This document shows, one piece after another, positions 1 through 7,643 of a DNA stretch of 11,021 nt (within the stretch, counting starts at the first letter, position 1; each line of letters begins with the position of its first letter). The notes beneath the pieces are model-generated. The model saw only the letters and a list, made by a program, of their open reading frames with translations. It ran no database searches and had not been told where the DNA came from. This stretch comes from a virus. The stretch is taken from the UHGV virus genome UHGV-0316254; one strand, given 5' to 3'. Made by a program: the position numbers and the translations under genes.

Positions 1-68
1 TGGCCGCGATCAACAACCTGTTTTACCGCTTCAATTTTAAACTCTTCGGGATAACGCTTACCGCTCAT
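1..68 (-). CDS. IS3-family transposase OrfA, N-terminal 22 codons only (gene continues past the left edge of the window)
   Basis: Reverse complement of 1-68 reads ATG AGC GGT AAG CGT TAT CCC GAA GAG TTT AAA ATT GAA GCG GTA AAA CAG GTT GTT GAT CGC GGC = MSGKRYPEEFKIEAVKQVVDRG, the helix-turn-helix N-terminus characteristic of IS3-family OrfA proteins (family recognised from memory of the motif, not a database hit). GAGAGG Shine-Dalgarno lies 6 nt upstream of the ATG on the minus strand. Absent from the ORF track because it is cut by the window edge. Confidence 0.7.
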   Translation of the reverse strand, partial: MSGKRYPEEFKIEAVKQVVDRG

Positions 69-131
69 GGGCACCTCTCTTTAAGTCATCTTAAATGACT
101 CTGAGGTGTCTGTTAAACCTGTGGCGATTCA
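1..131 (-). mobile_element. Terminal segment of an IS3-family insertion sequence (inferred left end near 131)
   Basis: orfA start at 68 plus about 60 bp of leader. The minus strand from 131 reads TGAATCGCCACAGG..., a TGAAC/TGAAT-type terminus like those of IS3-family inverted repeats. The 60-70 bp distance from element end to the orfA ATG is typical of the family. The exact boundary is inferred, as the other end is outside the window. Confidence 0.5.
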
Positions 132-706
132 TTATTAACTCTAATTTTAACAATAATTCCAGCCAGTACCCCGTCAGCCAGGTTGTAGTATTGGGCGGTA
201 ATTATTCTTACCCGGAAGGGGGTAAGATGACACTAGAGATGCGCGGTAATACCTGCCTTGGGGTTGGCTATACGGCAAGCGCATCGAGGCCAGATGTTAG
301 TATAAGTGGATATTCCGCCAATGAGCAGGCTATTTTTATCGATTATGATAACTTATGGATCCCATCACAATCACCGGTTGTGGATGCTACTGTTAAATGG
401 AAAAGCTCTCCTGACTTCGCTTTTGGTGTGAGCGTTGTTGGTGCGACTGGAGCAATGGGAAACAGGAGAAATATACTCAGTGTTACAAGGGGAGCGACTG
501 GGGTTTATACAGTAAATGCAAATCATGATATAGCAAACGTGGCTGTAGAAATAACTACTGTAGGGGTACCAGGATACGGAATAATAGGTGGTTATCCTAC
601 CGCAAACTCATTCGTTGTAAGGATGTACAATACTGCAGGCGCTCCCACTGACATAGATTTCATAGCATTAGGAAAAGACTATAGAGCAAGATTTAACGCT
701 ACATAA
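132..706 (+). pseudogene. 3' fragment of a phage tail-fibre-like (receptor-binding) gene, truncated at its 5' side by the IS insertion
   Basis: Open frame 95-706 runs without interruption out of the IS end. A stop at 92-94 lies immediately upstream, and the first 12 codons are IS-derived. The translated C-terminus is Gly/Thr/Val/Asn/Ser-rich (..GVSVVGATGAMGNRR..GVPGYGIIGGYPTANSFVVRMYNTAGAPTDIDFIALG..), as in distal tail-fibre domains. Its position, converging on the gtr operon, matches the late-operon end of P22-like and Sf-type serotype-converting phages. An internal ATG at 227 with a GGAAGGGGG Shine-Dalgarno could allow expression of a C-terminal piece. Confidence 0.5.
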
Positions 707-709
707 AAT

Positions 710-737
710 CCCCCCCCCAGGATAACTGTGGGGGGGG
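710..737. terminator. Bidirectional intrinsic terminator-like hairpin (C9 / G8 stem) between convergent genes
   Basis: C-run 710-718 pairs with G-run 730-737, with AG/CT extension and a GATAA loop. It lies between the stop at 704-706 (plus-strand ORF) and the stop at 742-744 (minus-strand gtrC-type gene). The minus-strand side is followed by GAUUUUAUG. Confidence 0.6.
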
Positions 738-741
738 ATGT

Positions 742-2055
742 TTACTTATAAATTCCTGATGCTACCTTATCCAATATAATTGATAGTACTATAAATATCA
801 TTAGGTCAAATGAAAAGTTCATTGCAAAAAGATGCTTGTCTAAATCTCTATATCCTTCGCCAATGAAGCTAATATAAAACTGAGAGATGCTAAAAGCAGA
901 TAATGTAAAGATTGCAACAGAATATTTTTTTCGGATAAAAATCAGTGATGCTATCATGGCTATAAATGCAACAGGAATCCTCACAGTTGATAGAGCAGAG
1001 TCTTTTATTTTTTGAACTTCATTCAAAAAAACACTCTTACTTATTATTAGCTTATTTTCCTTGAAGACATGGAAGTAATCTTCAGTTAATTGGGTTCGAA
1101 CTCCAGAATCAAAAGGAAGAAGGAGGAACATGGAAGGTTGCTTTAGCATCAAAAGCAAAGAATCCTTCAATCCCCTTTCTTTATTTTTTGCGAAGCAGGC
1201 TCCAGCATCTTTTGTGGTAACAGCTCCCTTATCCAAATCAAATTTATTTCCCCATGCATCAACACCAATGCATTCGTCCACGGCCCACGATGGATTTTCT
1301 TTTCCATTGCTTTTATTGTATAGCAAAGTCCCGAAATAAAGGGAGTGATAGCTGTTATATTTAGTTGCGCTTGGCGAGAAAAATGAAAATGACAATGCAA
1401 TTATCGTCGCAATTACCATAGCTAAGTGAAATTTTTTATCTCTTATGTCAATAAATATTATTGAAATTAAAGAAATTAAAATGGGAATATAGAAGAACTG
1501 AGATTTTGATGTGGCGATTAGCGCTGCGCATGCAACTAGTAATACTTTATCAAACCTTGATATTTCTTTTTTAAGAATTATATAAGTAATTACCGGAAGT
1601 AAAGTGATTACTATTTGCTCCTGATAAAATGCTGTGAATTGTGAAAGTATGGAAGGAGTAAATAGCAATAATGCTGATACCGGAAATAAAAGATAAGAAT
1701 ATTTTTTATTGTTTATTTCTACAAATAGTTTATATAACGCACAAATATACACGATTTTGGAAAGAGATGACCATAACCTAAGATCAAATGTGTGTGTGAA
1801 TATCGATATAACATAAGCGTATAAATAAAGAATATAACTAAATGAGCTTTTATACTCATAGTTCACAATTGAACTGAAATTTTCCTTCAGGGTATAAAGT
1901 AATGTGCCATCATGTGAGAACTGTCTGATCCCATTCATGAAAGGTGTTATGGCCCTATCGAAGTCGCCATTATTCATCATCCATATGTCAATTGACTCCT
2001 TGCACAGTAATGCACAAAAAATTGCAAGGAATACATACCTTATTCTTTCAGCCAT
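742..2055 (-). CDS. Serotype-specific O-antigen glucosyltransferase (GtrC / Gtr-type-specific), polytopic membrane protein, 437 aa
   Basis: Third gene of a gtrA-gtrB-gtrX operon. Its start (2053-2055) lies 1 nt after the gtrB stop (2057-2059). The product is highly hydrophobic with multiple predicted TM helices, and the gene is visibly A+T-rich relative to gtrA/gtrB, as is typical of horizontally acquired type-specific gtr genes. The specific serotype cannot be assigned from sequence alone. Confidence 0.8.
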   Translation of the reverse strand: MAERIRYVFLAIFCALLCKESIDIWMMNNGDFDRAITPFMNGIRQFSHDGTLLYTLKENFSSIVNYEYKSSFSYILYLYAYVISIFTHTFDLRLWSSLSKIVYICALYKLFVEINNKKYSYLLFPVSALLLFTPSILSQFTAFYQEQIVITLLPVITYIILKKEISRFDKVLLVACAALIATSKSQFFYIPILISLISIIFIDIRDKKFHLAMVIATIIALSFSFFSPSATKYNSYHSLYFGTLLYNKSNGKENPSWAVDECIGVDAWGNKFDLDKGAVTTKDAGACFAKNKERGLKDSLLLMLKQPSMFLLLPFDSGVRTQLTEDYFHVFKENKLIISKSVFLNEVQKIKDSALSTVRIPVAFIAMIASLIFIRKKYSVAIFTLSAFSISQFYISFIGEGYRDLDKHLFAMNFSFDLMIFIVLSIILDKVASGIYK

Positions 2056-2056
2056 T

Positions 2057-2971
2057 TTATTTCTCTTTTAACAAGTAGCGAGGTCTCTGTTTAACTTCGG
2101 TATAAATCCGGCCAATGTACTCGCCCAAAACTCCGATACCAATGAGCTGCACACCACCGAGAAAAAGTATTGATACCAGCAATGATGGATAACCGCGCAC
2201 AGGATTCCCGAATGCAAGCGTATCAATGATCATCCAGGCACCGTACAGGAAAGCCAGGCCTGCAACGAACAGGCCAATGTACGTCCACATGCGTAACGGA
2301 AATGTTGAGAAGCTGGTAATCCCTTCAAGCGCCAGGTTCCAGAGCTTCCAGCCATTAAACTTAGTGCTGCCAGCAACACGCTCAGCGCGAGCATATTCAA
2401 CAACATCTGTACTCCCACCAACCCAGCTCAATACTCCTTTCATGAACAGGTTGCGTTCTGGTAATAATTTAATGTTTTCCACAACTCCGCGAGACATTAG
2501 TCGGAAATCGCCGACGTTCTCCTCAATCTTTGGATTGCTTATTTTATTGTGAAGTTTATAGAACCACTCAGCAGTCATGCGCTTCAGTCTTCCGTCTGTA
2601 GAACGGTCTGAGCGCTTAGCCAGTACCATATCAGCACCTGCCTGCCACTTTTCAATAAGATGAGGGATAACCTCAATCGGGTCCTGCAGATCGACATCAA
2701 TAGGAATTACAGCATCGCCGCTTGCATGGTCTAACCCTGCAAATAAGGCTGGTTCTTTACCAAAGTTGCGTGTAAATGACAGCGGAACAACTAGCGGGTC
2801 TGAAACAGCCAGCGCGTTAATAATTGACTCTGTGGCATCTTTACTTCCGTCATTTATGAATACAATTTCTACTTCATATGGCTTCAACTCTTGGAATTCA
2901 CGTACCGTTTTATAGAAAACAGGTATCGCTTCTTCTTCATTGAAGACAGGAACGACAAGAGATATTTTCAT
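2057..2971 (-). CDS. gtrB: Bactoprenol glucosyltransferase GtrB (GT2 family), 304 aa
   Basis: Translation [26 protein letters not shown]...[12 protein letters not shown]...DVDLQDP.. shows the GT2 DXD signature and two C-terminal TM helices, and closely matches remembered GtrB sequences of Shigella/Salmonella converting phages. The ATG overlaps the gtrA stop (ATGA at 2968-2971). Confidence 0.93.
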   Translation of the reverse strand: MKISLVVPVFNEEEAIPVFYKTVREFQELKPYEVEIVFINDGSKDATESIINALAVSDPLVVPLSFTRNFGKEPALFAGLDHASGDAVIPIDVDLQDPIEVIPHLIEKWQAGADMVLAKRSDRSTDGRLKRMTAEWFYKLHNKISNPKIEENVGDFRLMSRGVVENIKLLPERNLFMKGVLSWVGGSTDVVEYARAERVAGSTKFNGWKLWNLALEGITSFSTFPLRMWTYIGLFVAGLAFLYGAWMIIDTLAFGNPVRGYPSLLVSILFLGGVQLIGIGVLGEYIGRIYTEVKQRPRYLLKEK

Positions 2972-3330
2972 TTCGCATCCCTAAAGACAATGAACTTTGA
3001 ATAGACGAAACCGCACACCAGACTGATGGCGGAGAAGGTGATAAGAGTGACTATTGGAGGAAGTGAGCATTTATCAGCTGCCCAACCAACAATCACACTC
3101 AATATTCCCATGAATCCCACGTATAACATGTAGCGCATCGCTGTAGTCGATGCTTTGAATGTGAATCTTGCATTCGCGAAGAAGCTAAAGCTCACAGCCA
3201 CTACGAAACCTGTGAAGTTTGCCAGGGCCTGACTGGTATGCGCGGCATAGATACATACACCAAAAACCACCCAGTGTATAAGTGTGTTCAGCACACCTAT
3301 AGATGTGTACTTTACAAATAACTTTAACAT
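2968..3330 (-). CDS. gtrA: GtrA, small 4-TM flippase of the O-antigen glucosylation system, 120 aa
   Basis: Translation [31 protein letters not shown]...[10 protein letters not shown] matches the GtrA family nearly residue for residue (from memory). It is the first gene of the operon, directly adjacent to the att core. Confidence 0.92.
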   Translation of the reverse strand: MLKLFVKYTSIGVLNTLIHWVVFGVCIYAAHTSQALANFTGFVVAVSFSFFANARFTFKASTTAMRYMLYVGFMGILSVIVGWAADKCSLPPIVTLITFSAISLVCGFVYSKFIVFRDAK

Positions 3331-3531
3331 TTATTTAATCAATGAGCTCTGAAAGGCATGAAGTCTATCATCCAAGTCTCAATTGATCGATACTTGCTAT
3401 GTCTGATGAGACAAAACTGAGACACATAAGGCCTCACAATGGCTTGCAAGGCTTTACATGTTTTGATGTGGTGGGACGTGTGAGCGCAGTGTTGATGGGA
3501 TAATACTTTGAATTACAAGCGGATTCTTATA

Positions 3532-3577
3532 ATTCGTAATGCGAAGGTCGTAGGTTCGACTCCTATTATCGGCACCA
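3532..3577 (+). other. Prophage attachment-site core: copy of the 3' 46 nt of tRNA-Thr(CGU) (thrW-type), not a complete tRNA gene
   Basis: ATTCGTAATGCGAAGGTCGTAGGTTCGACTCCTATTATCGGCACCA is the anticodon loop (CGT), T-arm and acceptor 3' strand plus CCA of tRNA-Thr. The 5' half (D-arm, 5' acceptor strand) is absent, as the upstream sequence GGATTCTTATA does not match. A partial tRNA 3' end beside gtrA is the classic attR arrangement of thrW-integrating serotype-converting phages. Confidence 0.8.
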
Positions 3578-4146
3578 TCTAAGAAAATCAATCACTTAGC
3601 GTAAAAAATCTAACGGATTGTATCTTCAATTATCATTCTTGATAACACTTGGTAAACGCCTTTGCGTTGTATCGGCTCAAGGATTGTACAACGTAATGGC
3701 GGGTAGTTACCAGGCTCAAGCCCGAACAGCATTAGAAATTTTGCCATCCCTTGAAGCTGAAAGAGTTGCCGGACTCTCTAAACACATCACTTGAACCCTT
3801 AGCGATACGTTCCGCGCTTCGTGCGGCGCTCAATGATGCTACACGTCGAGATGACGTTGCAGAGAATAAACAGGCGTAATGTTGGGAAGACTAACCGGAT
3901 CGGGAAAGAATCCGGCTCTGCCACGGTTTCGATCACCGGAGTATAACGATCACCTGATAAGAGAACGTGCTAAGGCTTTATCCTCCCTGCGAAGGGATTA
4001 CACCCTGCGGAAGCGCTACGCGCCGCCTTTTCTTATGTGCCCAACACGGCACGTAATGGTCATCTATTATCTGCACCATTGTAACTTTCGTTGTACTGTC
4101 TCTCTACTGTACGTTGAACGCTGGCATATTCAGCGGAGGGGATAAC

Positions 4147-4305
4147 ATGTCAAAAGCTAACTCACAAGCAGCCACGAAGCGTAACAACCGAAAGATACAC
4201 GCTCGTAAATTCCTGGCTACGCCGGAGGGTAAATTATGGTTAGAACGCAAGACAATCGAAGAAGCTGAAATGAAGCTGGTTTCAGAGGCGAGGAAATTTA
4301 TATGA
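4147..4305 (+). CDS. Hypothetical small basic protein, 52 aa
   Basis: ATG at 4147 is preceded by GGAGGGG (6-7 nt spacing). Product is MSKANSQAATKRNNRKIHARKFLATPEGKLWLERKTIEEAEMKLVSEARKFI. The track ORF 4114-4305 begins at an upstream TTG with no Shine-Dalgarno. No family recognised. Confidence 0.45.
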   Translation: MSKANSQAATKRNNRKIHARKFLATPEGKLWLERKTIEEAEMKLVSEARKFI

Positions 4306-4346
4306 AGGGGGGAGGGCATATTTCTTGTAGGATGTGCCCCCATTCC

Positions 4347-4727
4347 TCAACTTTTTTGTGCTTCCGCCGCGATTCTTACTCCACAAAGAAAATCACCAAG
4401 ACCAGCCCCAACACTGGTTCCATCAGCCACATAATCACCTTTAAAAGCTAAACTTCCGTCCATATAGAAAAATTTTATTTCACCATATCCATTGTCGCAA
4501 TCTGTGTTTTTCATACTAATTTTGTAATATTCAACTTTTTTATCTGTTTTTTCATACATGAACAAAGCAGATGAATCACCTTTTACATTTCTAAACGTGC
4601 CTTTCTTGACTAAAAAAGCACCGTCTTTATTCGTCGTAACTTCAATCCAATTGTTTGAATTTTCAGCGAAGGCAACTTGTGTAGCAAAAAGCACCGACAA
4701 GCTCAGTAAAGTGATTTTCTTAACCAT
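4347..4727 (-). CDS. Hypothetical secreted/periplasmic protein with N-terminal signal peptide, about 126 aa
   Basis: From the ATG at 4725-4727 the product is MVKKITLLSLSVLFATQVAFA/ENSNN..., a classical Sec signal peptide with an AFA-E cleavage motif. The gene is A+T-rich. The track start at 4736 is a TTG three codons upstream. No family recognised. Confidence 0.6.
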   Translation of the reverse strand: MVKKITLLSLSVLFATQVAFAENSNNWIEVTTNKDGAFLVKKGTFRNVKGDSSALFMYEKTDKKVEYYKISMKNTDCDNGYGEIKFFYMDGSLAFKGDYVADGTSVGAGLGDFLCGVRIAAEAQKS

Positions 4728-4759
4728 ATGCACCAATCCATTTTTTACGAATTATCTTA

Positions 4760-4788
4760 ATTTTATCCCTGTTTTAAAGAACGTACAA
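4760..4788 (-). promoter_or_regulatory. Putative sigma70 promoter for the secreted-protein gene
   Basis: Minus strand reads TTGTAC (rc of 4783-4788), 17 nt, TAAAAT (rc of 4760-4765), about 30 nt upstream of the start codon. Confidence 0.35.
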
Positions 4789-4834
4789 CGATAAGTCAGT
4801 ATGAAATTTAGTCACTGCTGAAAATTCGTATCCC

Positions 4835-4861
4835 AAAAAATAAGGGGGCAACCCGCCCCCC
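4835..4861 (-). terminator. Intrinsic terminator of the lipoprotein gene
   Basis: GGGGGC (4844-4849) pairs with GCCCCC (4855-4860) around a 5-nt loop. On the minus strand the hairpin is followed by UUAUUUUUU (rc of 4835-4843), 7 nt after the stop at 4867-4869. Confidence 0.6.
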
Positions 4862-4866
4862 GAATC

Positions 4867-5196
4867 TTACTTCTTCAAGTCACCAGTACATTGATATTCC
4901 ATAGTGACCATTGTTTCCATACATCCGCTTGAAGATGGTTGAGAACAAACAGAAGTTGAACCACCGAAAGGCTCAGCACCAGAATAGCCCCATGCAGCGC
5001 AACGTTGTGCTGCTGCTTGAGCGCCTTGCTGAACGTTCACTTTAGGGGATTCGAACATCCCGAAAGAGTAGCTCATTTTTACAGTCCCATCAGCCTTGCT
5101 ACCACCAGTTGGAACCAGTTGTTTCTGTACAGCACACCCAGAGAGAAGCAGAGTTGAAGCCACTAACACCAATAAACCTTTACGAATATAAATCAT
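4867..5196 (-). CDS. Hypothetical lipoprotein, 109 aa
   Basis: N-terminus MIYIRKGLLVLVASTLLLSGC carries a lipobox (LSGC). The mature part is Gly/Ser/Ala-rich with several Cys. The start codon is uncertain, as no clear Shine-Dalgarno is seen. Confidence 0.55.
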   Translation of the reverse strand: MIYIRKGLLVLVASTLLLSGCAVQKQLVPTGGSKADGTVKMSYSFGMFESPKVNVQQGAQAAAQRCAAWGYSGAEPFGGSTSVCSQPSSSGCMETMVTMEYQCTGDLKK

Positions 5197-5382
5197 CCTG
5201 AATGATTGTTTTATTTAGAAGCGCCTGCAATGTTAAAACATAATTTCAAGAATTTTAAGTGGATTCTGATTGTGATGTGATGAAGGTGGTGTGCGAATCC
5301 TTGTGGTATCTTCTCCACACTGGTATGCGCAGGGAATCGGCAGTAACATATTCTTCGAATCGATACGTACGTAGGAGAGGTT

Positions 5383-5793
5383 ATGGCAGGAGTATTGGCA
5401 AGCACGGCGGCAGCTATAGGGATTCTTGATAAAGCGGTAAGCATCACTCAGAAGCTGGCAAATAACAGCGATGAACTGGACAAGGCTACGCTCAAACTTG
5501 AGTTAGCCAATCTAATGGTCGAACTTGCTAACGCCAAGATTGAAGCGATAACAACACAAACTCTACTTTTCGACGCGGAACAGAAAAATAAGCAGCTTGA
5601 AGATCAGCTGAAAGATAAATCGACATTTATCTTCAAGGATAATGTTTATTGGAAAGCTGGAGATGAAGTACCATTTTGTCCTCATTGTTATGAAACAAGC
5701 AATATCAAAAGACACATGCAACAGTTTGCTGTCACGAGGGGTCAAAACGCTTGGTACTGTAGTGTCTGCAAATTGAGTGTTCGATTCTCATAA
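5383..5793 (+). CDS. Hypothetical protein with N-terminal coiled-coil and C-terminal Cys4 zinc-ribbon, 136 aa
   Basis: AGGAGAGG Shine-Dalgarno lies 3-4 nt before the ATG. The central region (KATLKLELANLMVELANAKIEAI...EQKNKQLEDQLKDK) has heptad-like periodicity. The C-terminus is CPHC-x18-CSVC. Its 3' end overlaps the convergent recombinase gene by 6 nt. Confidence 0.6.
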   Translation: MAGVLASTAAAIGILDKAVSITQKLANNSDELDKATLKLELANLMVELANAKIEAITTQTLLFDAEQKNKQLEDQLKDKSTFIFKDNVYWKAGDEVPFCPHCYETSNIKRHMQQFAVTRGQNAWYCSVCKLSVRFS

Positions 5794-6348
5794 ATCCATT
5801 TCATTGATAATCCGGCTAACGGCTTGCTTGTCTAAGTCCAGATAGCGCCTGGTGTCAGTGATGTTGCTGTGATTAAGCACGGTCATAGCTAAAGCGATGT
5901 TGTTTGCTGAACGCTTGTAGATGGCATTCCCGCCAGCTTTGCGGAAACTGTGAGCCGATACAGTGCCATGAATACCGATAGCTTTAGCGGCCTCTGCGAT
6001 CTGCTTGCTCACTTCTTCGCGTCGTACAGGCGCTTGCTTGTTCATTGATCGGTTACGCTGGCTTCTGAACACATGCACATCATGCGGATACTCAGCACGG
6101 CGACGAGCGATCATCTGCACCACTGGAGCCGGAAGGGTGAGGGCTTTACGCTTCCCAGTCTTCTGTTCTTCTATGTCTATCTCTCCGTTAATCACTTCGT
6201 CGAAGCGCAAAGCTACGGCATCCCCCACACGCAATACGGCGGCTTGCATCATTAACGTAACGTCAGCTATCAGGCTTTTGTTATGAGCGTTTAGCCATTC
6301 CCTGATCGCTTTAGCTTGCTGTTCGTCTAACACCACTGCTCTGTTCAA
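5788..6348 (-). CDS. Small tyrosine recombinase (catalytic domain only, FimB/FimE-sized), about 186 aa
   Basis: Tyrosine-recombinase catalytic residues in the expected order and spacing: LRVGDAVALR (box I Arg), HSFRKAG (H-x-x-R), LNHSNITDTRRYLDL (His and catalytic Tyr). No N-terminal arm or core-binding domain. The track start is a GTG at 6369 without a Shine-Dalgarno. The TTG at 6346-6348 is preceded by AAGGAGG with 5 nt spacing and is taken as the start. Confidence 0.75.
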   Translation of the reverse strand: MNRAVVLDEQQAKAIREWLNAHNKSLIADVTLMMQAAVLRVGDAVALRFDEVINGEIDIEEQKTGKRKALTLPAPVVQMIARRRAEYPHDVHVFRSQRNRSMNKQAPVRREEVSKQIAEAAKAIGIHGTVSAHSFRKAGGNAIYKRSANNIALAMTVLNHSNITDTRRYLDLDKQAVSRIINEMDL

Positions 6349-6392
6349 TTTACCCTCCTTCAAGGTCACACATCTAAACCAATGAAATAAAC

Positions 6393-6419
6393 ATTATGAT
6401 CAATTTCAGTGAGTTGCAA
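6393..6419 (-). promoter_or_regulatory. Possible promoter of the recombinase gene
   Basis: Minus strand reads TTGCAA (6414-6419), 15 nt, CATAAT (rc of 6393-6398). The spacer is short and two TTGATCA direct repeats overlap the region, so this is weak. Confidence 0.25.
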
Positions 6420-6988
6420 GACAAATGATCAAAAAATAATCGGTGTTGTGTGTGGTAGATGGCGCGATTGTGTCCAGGGTTCAGCGCGAACAAGCACATT
6501 CTCCTGTTCGAAATTCGCACAAACTGGAAATATCTTAGCAAAATCATAATGTTGAAAAGTCTAAACATCTGTTTGAACGTTGCCAAATCCTCAACTCTTC
6601 ACGAAGAACAGCGGCAACAGCGGAACATCACACTACCAATGCTTGTGTGTGGTTTTTATCTATCTCATTGATTTAATGGTGATAAATGTAGAGCCGTTAG
6701 GCGAGGGCGGCGCTAACCTGCCTGTATGCACAGATTATGCGGAGTTTATGCACTTGCAACTGATTGCATGATGAAATGATTAGAATGCTAACCAACTGGC
6801 GGGTTTGGGCATGGAAAATCGATATTCAAATAAATTTGATAAAACATAAAAAGTCTTTAAGCAAATTGCACCTATCATAAAAGTGCTCATTGTGGACAAT
6901 GATCGCTGTGAGCCGCACGGCGTAAGGCTTTCGTATAAGTGATGAAAGATACTTTGAAAGTGAGAAAGGCGCTCAGAGGGCGTTACAG

Positions 6989-7057
6989 GCGGGTTATTTA
7001 GAATAGATTAAGCATCGCTTTACCTGGGGTTTAGCGGGTATTTAGAATGTAATTAGC
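6989..7057 (+). repeat. Pair of imperfect direct repeats (about 16-24 bp), candidate regulator-binding sites
   Basis: GCGGGTTATTTAGAATAGATTAAGC (6989-7013) and GCGGGTATTTAGAATGTAATTAGC (7034-7057), about 45 bp apart centre to centre, in the long non-coding interval. Confidence 0.5.
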
Positions 7058-7613
7058 GTGGGATTTTTCCGGCGCTATGGAGGCGAGTATTCGCTATTAA
7101 CACGTAATCAGGATTGATGGAGGGTTAATTCTCCATAAAGTGGACTGTACAATTTGGTATGCGCTGATCACGCGCATGAAAGTGACTTCTACAGAAAAGT
7201 ATTGTTGAGAAGAAATTTTCCTGTAGAGATAATTTGTCATGCTCGCTTCGCTCACTGACACAAACCAACTACTAACTACCCTTAATTAAACTAAGGTTAT
7301 TAATTATCTCTCTTATGTTCTCGTATTCCTCGAACATACATCTTTGTGCAGGATGAGCATGAGCAGATACTTTTTCATGCGACATTCACCCGCTGATCGC
7401 TGGTTCATTGTGAGCCTACGATCTCAACACATCAAAATTATGTAAAAGGGCTTATCATTAAAATGATGTGTTAACAGGTTCATTGTGCGATGTAGCGTAG
7501 CTACAAGATCGGCTCACTCGCATGAAGAGCCGGAAATGATACCCTTCCTTGAGAAGCCGTCTTATCCTATTATGAAAAAATTGTTGACGACAAATTTATT
7601 TTATGGTAGGTGG

Positions 7614-7643
7614 TTGACAAACGTTATTAAAATAGTGTATTAT
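7614..7643 (+). promoter_or_regulatory. Strong sigma70-type promoter upstream of the helicase operon
   Basis: TTGACA (7614-7619), 18 nt, TATTAT (7638-7643). An A-tract and a second TTGACG (7584-7589) lie just upstream. Confidence 0.55.

Larger units (their letters stand above)
132..3577. mobile_element. Right-end remnant of a thrW-integrated serotype-converting prophage (tail-fibre fragment, gtrC-type/gtrB/gtrA, att core)
   Basis: Gene order and orientation (tail fibre on plus strand converging on a minus-strand gtr operon, then att) match the known layout of P22/SfV-type converting phages. It is bounded on the left by an IS and on the right by the partial tRNA repeat. Confidence 0.7.

Noticed and set aside
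1130-1400. Track ORFs 1130-1339 (+) and 1167-1400 (-) inside the gtrC-type gene
   Set aside because: They lie entirely within, or antisense to, a well-supported 437-aa membrane-protein gene. They have no ribosome-binding sites and low-complexity translations.
2226-2552. Track ORFs 2226-2552 (+) and 2230-2421 (-) inside gtrB
   Set aside because: They overlap a confidently identified gtrB in other frames or antisense, and are spurious.
3331-3531. Dam/OxyR-type phase-variation switch in the gtr regulatory region
   Set aside because: That mechanism, described for Salmonella gtr operons, needs paired GATC sites flanking OxyR half-sites. Only a single GATC (3385-3388) is present between gtrA and the att core.
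3532-3577. Complete tRNA-Thr gene
   Set aside because: Only the 3' 46 nt are present. The D-arm and 5' acceptor strand are missing, so this is an att-site repeat and not a functional tRNA.
3879-4343. Track ORFs 3879-4145 (+) and 4104-4343 (-)
   Set aside because: Neither has a ribosome-binding site, and the translations are Arg/Cys-rich and not protein-like. The minus-strand ORF is antisense to the better-supported 4147-4305 gene.
4558-5745. Track ORFs 4558-4794 (+), 5211-5447 (-), 5563-5745 (-)
   Set aside because: They are antisense to, or overlap, the better-supported secreted-protein and coiled-coil genes and lack ribosome-binding sites.
6005-6286. Plus-strand track ORFs 6005-6286 and 6073-6255 inside the recombinase gene
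   Set aside because: They are antisense to a gene with a complete tyrosine-recombinase catalytic signature.
7566-7574. Second att-like repeat (TCCTATTAT, identical to 9 nt of the att core) just upstream of the operon promoter
   Set aside because: A 9-bp match is within chance expectation for an 11-kb window and does not extend.
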